From assembly GCF_964204645.1 (NCBI RefSeq), contig NC_134029.1:14936950-15000949 (forward strand): a stretch of DNA of 64,000 nt. Direction: 5' to 3'. Within the stretch, counting starts at the first letter, position 1. Each line of letters starts with the position of its first letter. Origin of the DNA: Tubulanus polymorphus. Taxonomy: Eukaryota > Animalia > Nemertea. A model generated the notes under the pieces. It was not told where the DNA came from. It saw only the letters and a program-made list of their open reading frames with translations, and searched no databases. Position numbers and translations under genes: made by a program. This document shows positions 59,500 to 64,000 of the stretch, piece by piece.

Positions 59500-62400
59500 T
59501 ATAAATTATGTTATGTTAAACCGCATTGGTGTGACTTGACACATCAAATTCGTGTCCCGTATTGATATATTTCTTTTATCCACTTTTCAAATTATGAATA
59601 GCACGCCTGCTCAGAAAACCCGTTATCGCTGCTTTGCTGCTATATTTAGGGTTTTCTGTTACATCACAGAAAACCCTATTGAGATTCGCGTGTTTCTTGT
59701 TATTATTATTAGGGTTTTCTGTTATTTCACAGAAAACCCTATTGATATCCGCGTGATTATTATTATTATTATTTTCTTCCACACTATTTTTACCAAAAGA
59801 ACATAGGCTTTGTTACCTTACCGCTGTTTCATATACAATCCATATAATATTGTTCAGCTCACTGTGATCTACAAATAGCCCGCGTGTTTTTTCACGAATC
59901 GTCGTTACAAAAGCGCTGTCGGGCTGTAAACATCGAAAATTTAGCCACATTCAATGGGGCGACATGTTTTTCGAGTCGTCATCCCGAAATCAACCCGCAG
60001 ACCGACTGTCACTTCGATTATCAATTCAAGTATAAATGAACTAATTTATTGCCGCAGACTTCACATTCAGTCGCGGTCTTCAAACAGTGATTTTAACAAT
60101 AGCCCATTTTCCTCATCAAATCATATTACCGATACACTGGAAATTTACTACTTTAGATTTTAAAAGCACTGTCGAGCCGTAAACATCGACGAATCGACGT
60201 GTGTTACTACATCGTCGTTCCGGGGATCAGCTGCGAGTTTCTCCTCATCATGAGAATTAAATCGAGTACAAATTAATTTATAACTACCAGTGATTTGGCT
60301 GCGGGCGTCAAGCAGTTAGTTTAGCAATACCTATTTTTCTTTACCAAATTAACCGTGTATTTACTTAGATAAATCATAAGTGTACCGGGGAGTCGTAGGC
60401 CTAAACTAAACAAGAGATATAACGGAGAAAAGCTGTTACGTCGACGAGGTATCAAAATTAAGAAATATATTACTTTATTCGGCCGCGGGCTTCAACCTCT
60501 TTATCAATACCATCAATACTCTATATTTCCTACAGGACATACCGATCATTGTCAAATCCACAAGGTATTTACTAAATACAAGTATACAACACACTCCTAT
60601 CCGTAGGCTGGACTCACACTTGACATTCGGAGTAAGCGTTCGCTGTGGAGGAAAGGAGATCGTTCGCTGTGTCGCTTGAAGTGTTTATCGAGTTTTACGC
60701 GACCTTAAGGCTTAAGTATGGTGGCTGATACGATAAAAAAACACGAATATGCAAATGAGGGCGACATTACGACAAAACGACAAAACTAAAATAACGCGAG
60801 AAAACAATGATTTTGATTTTGTCGCCCGCGACAATTCAATATTTTGGTTTTGTCGCCCGCGAAAAATTCAATATTTTGGTTTTATCGCCCACGACAATTC
60901 ATAACTTTGGTTTTATCGCCAGCGACAATTCATTATTTTGGTTTGTCGCCCGCGACAATCCTTCTTTTTAGTTTTGTCGCCCGCGACAATTCATTATTTT
61001 GGTTTTATATTTTGTTTTTGTCGCCTGCGACAATTTTTTTTTTGGTTTTGTCGCCCGCGACAATTCAATATTTTGGTTTTATCGCCTGCAACAATTCAAT
61101 ATTTTGGTTTTAACGCCCGCGATAATTCATTATTTTGGTTTTGTCGCCCGAGACAATTCATTATTTTGGTTTTATCGCCCGCGACAATTCATTATTACGT
61201 TTTTATCGCCCGCGACAATTCATTATTTTGGTTTTGTCGCCCGCAACAATTCACCATTTTGGTTTTGTCGCCCGCAACAATTCATTTTTTTGGTTTTGTC
61301 ACCCGACAATTCTTTTTTTGGTTTTTTCGCCCGCGACAATTCATTAGTTTGGTTTTGTCGCCCACGGAAATTCACCATTTTGGTTTTGTCCCCTGGACAA
61401 TTCACCATTTTGGTTTTTGTCACCCGCGACAATTCATTATTTTGGTTTTGTCACCCCGACAATTCTTTTTTTGGTTTTGTCGCCCGCGACAATTCATTAG
61501 TTTGGTTTTGTCTCCCGCGACAATTCAATATTTTGGTTTTATCGCCCGCGACAATTCATTACTTTGCTTTTATCTCCAGCGACAATTCATTATTTTGGTT
61601 TTGTCGCCCGCGACAATTCTTCTTTTGGTTTTGTCGCCCGCAACAATTCATTATTTTGGTTTTATATTTTGTTTTTATCGCCCGCGACAATTCATTATTT
61701 TGGTTTTATATTTTTTTTTTGTCACCCACGACAATTTTTTTTTTGGTTTTGTCGCCCACGACAATTCAATATTTTGGTTTTGTCGCCCGCGACAAATCAT
61801 TATTTTGGTTTTATTGCCCGCGACAATTCAATATTTTGGTTTTATCGCCCGCGATAATTTTGTCCCACGAGACATTTCAATATTTTGGTTTTATCGCCTG
61901 CAACAATTCAATATTTTGGTTTTATCGCCCGCGATAATTCATTATTTTGGTTTTGTCGCCCGAGACAATTCATTATTTTGGTTTTATCGCCCGCGACAAT
62001 TCATTATTACGGTTTTATCGCCCGCGACAATTCATTATTTTGGTTTTGTCGCCCGCAACAATTCACCATTTTGGTTTTGTCGCCCGCAACAATTCATTTT
62101 TTTGGTTTTGTCACCCGACAATTCTTTTTTTGGTTTTTTCGCCCGCGACAATTCATTAGTTTGGTTTTGTCGCCCGCGACAATTCTTTTTCAGTCCACTT
62201 GGGACTTTAGTCCCAGCGGGCTATTGCGTTCACTTTTCGTCCGTCCGTCCGTCCGTCCATAGACGGAATCCAGTTATTTCTGGAAGTTTTGAAGACGCTT
62301 CAAGGTAATGTCTTGATATTTGGTTTATACATGTATCTACCCTAGACACATCGTCAGCCCAAAAACTGGCCCTGTCAGATTCAAGATGGTCGACTGGCAG

Positions 62401-64000
62401 CCATTGTTGTTTGCCATAATCAGCACTTCTTAAACATTTTCGAAGTTTTCGTGGGAAATTTTGAAGACGCTTTGATTAATTACCTTGATCTTTCGTTTAT
62501 ATTTGAATCTACCAAAGGCCCATCAGCATAAGAAAATTGGGTCGATCTGACTCAAGATGGCCGTCCTATGACCTTTTTAGTGCCCAAAAATGTCAATTTT
62601 GGCCAGAATTCTAGGTCCTGTAGCTTCCTACTGGTTTGCCATTTCTCATTGCAATTGCTGATGGGTATTCTTTAGAGAGGGATGTTTTATACCTGGCTTA
62701 GGTATTTTGATCAGCCAATTATGACGCAATTGGCGGCCATCTTGTGTCATCAGTACTCATTCGTAGGTGGGAAAAAGTTTTTCCACATTAGATTGATACC
62801 TAAGCATATTGTGTTACTATATTCAATTGGAAAGTTGTAGCCCATAAAGTGTTCTATGATTTTGGTGAGTTTCAAGGTCATTGGTTTTTGTATGTGGCCA
62901 TCAGGGGGCGTTGAATAATACAATAACTTAGTATCGCTATATTATATTTGTACCAAGGCATATTTTGTTACCATGATCAATTGCAAAGTTGTAGTTCATG
63001 ACATCGTCTATGATTGTGGTGAGTTTTTAAGGACATTAGTTATTCCATATAGTCACCAGGGGTCGTTGAATAGTAGAAAAGCTTAGTTTTTCCTTATTAG
63101 ATTGGTACCTAGGCATAGTTTGTAACCATGATCCATTGCAAAGTTGTAGTTCATGACATCGTCTATGATTGTGGTGAGTTTTTAAGGACATTAGTTATTC
63201 CATATAGTCACCAGGGGGCGCTGAATAGTAGAATGGCTAAGTATTTCCTTATTAGATTGGTACCTAGGCATATTTGTTACTATGATCAATTGCAAAGTTG
63301 TATTTCATGACATGTACTACAATTGTGGTGAGTTTTAAGGTCATTGGGTTTTGCATATGGTCACCAGGGGCGTTGAATAGTAGAATAACTTAGTATTTCC
63401 ATATTAAATTGGTAACGAGGCATATTTCACAATCAATTACAAAATCATAGCTGCTCACATGTTCTATGATTGTGGTGGTTTTCAAGGTCATTGGTTTTTG
63501 TATATGGTCACTAGAGGGCGTTGTGTATTGAAATTGTTAGATTGTTGAGCATTTGAAACCACTTCCCAAGTGAGCATGGTGTCCCTGCACCCCTAGTTTG
63601 GTTTTGTCGCCCACGACAATTCATTATTCTGGTTTTGTCGCACGCAACAATTCAATATTTTGTTTTTGTCGTCCGCGACAATTCATTATTTTGGTTTTAT
63701 CGCCGCGGCAATTCAATATTTTGGTTTTAACGCCCGCGACAATTCATTATTGTGGTTTTATCGCCCGCGACAATTCATTATTTTGGTTTTATCGCCCTCG
63801 ACAATTCATTATTTTTGTTTTGTCGCCCGAGACAATTCATTATTTTGGTTTTATCGCCCGCGACAATTCATTATTTTGGTTTTGTCGCCCGCGACAATTC
63901 ATTATTTTGGTTTTATCGCCCGAGACAATTCATTATTCTGGTTTTATCGCCCGCGACAATTCAATATTTTTGTTTTATTGCCCGCGACAATTCATTAGTT
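59500..64000 (+). mobile_element. Further HINE copies running into the 31-bp satellite (60805-62190 and 63597-64000)
   Basis: Same termini and body as 36735-38250; satellite has an ~812-bp internal duplication (61135/61947). Confidence 0.8.
62191..63596 (+). mobile_element. Different DINE-1/HINE-like element inserted in the satellite
   Basis: Subterminal IRs CACTTGGGA / TCCCAAGTG, 5' hairpin, (CGTC)n microsatellite, internal ~125-bp tandem repeats (62800-63530), 3' hairpin GGTG..CACC, T-rich insertion site. Confidence 0.7.

Overview
AT-rich, repeat-dense animal (probably invertebrate) nuclear DNA. Host genes: the last coding exon of a DmX-like/Rabconnectin-3alpha gene (2047-2247, +) and two probable terminal exons of an unidentified gene (10011-10725, -). 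The main feature is a complete 16,569-bp Polinton/Maverick-type endogenous virus (14650-31218) with perfect 121-bp TIRs (AGT...ACT) and a 6-bp TSD (GGGATG). It encodes a protein-primed PolB, rve integrase with chromodomain, A32-like packaging ATPase, and major and minor capsid proteins. It has five unusual properties. (i) It carries a gene resembling poxvirus late transcription factor VLTF-3 (vaccinia A2). (ii) Nearly every gene starts at a poxvirus-late-promoter-like T-tract/spacer/TAAATG motif. (iii) Its PolB holds a 355-aa LAGLIDADG intein in motif C. (iv) It has a block of predicted membrane proteins and no recognisable adenain protease. (v) It shares a conserved ~73-bp structured non-coding element with a second, decayed and rearranged Polinton 1.4 kb away. 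Together these suggest an integrated virophage-like satellite of a pox-like cytoplasmic virus (inference). The rest is nested TEs: Gypsy fragments, a 2.7-kb solo-LTR-like insertion with a hairpin minisatellite, Harbinger- and Kolobok-type non-autonomous elements, tandem Helentron/DINE-like (HINE) elements carrying a 31-bp palindromic satellite, and a Penelope retroelement with a hammerhead ribozyme. All homology calls come from motif recognition by eye, not database searches.
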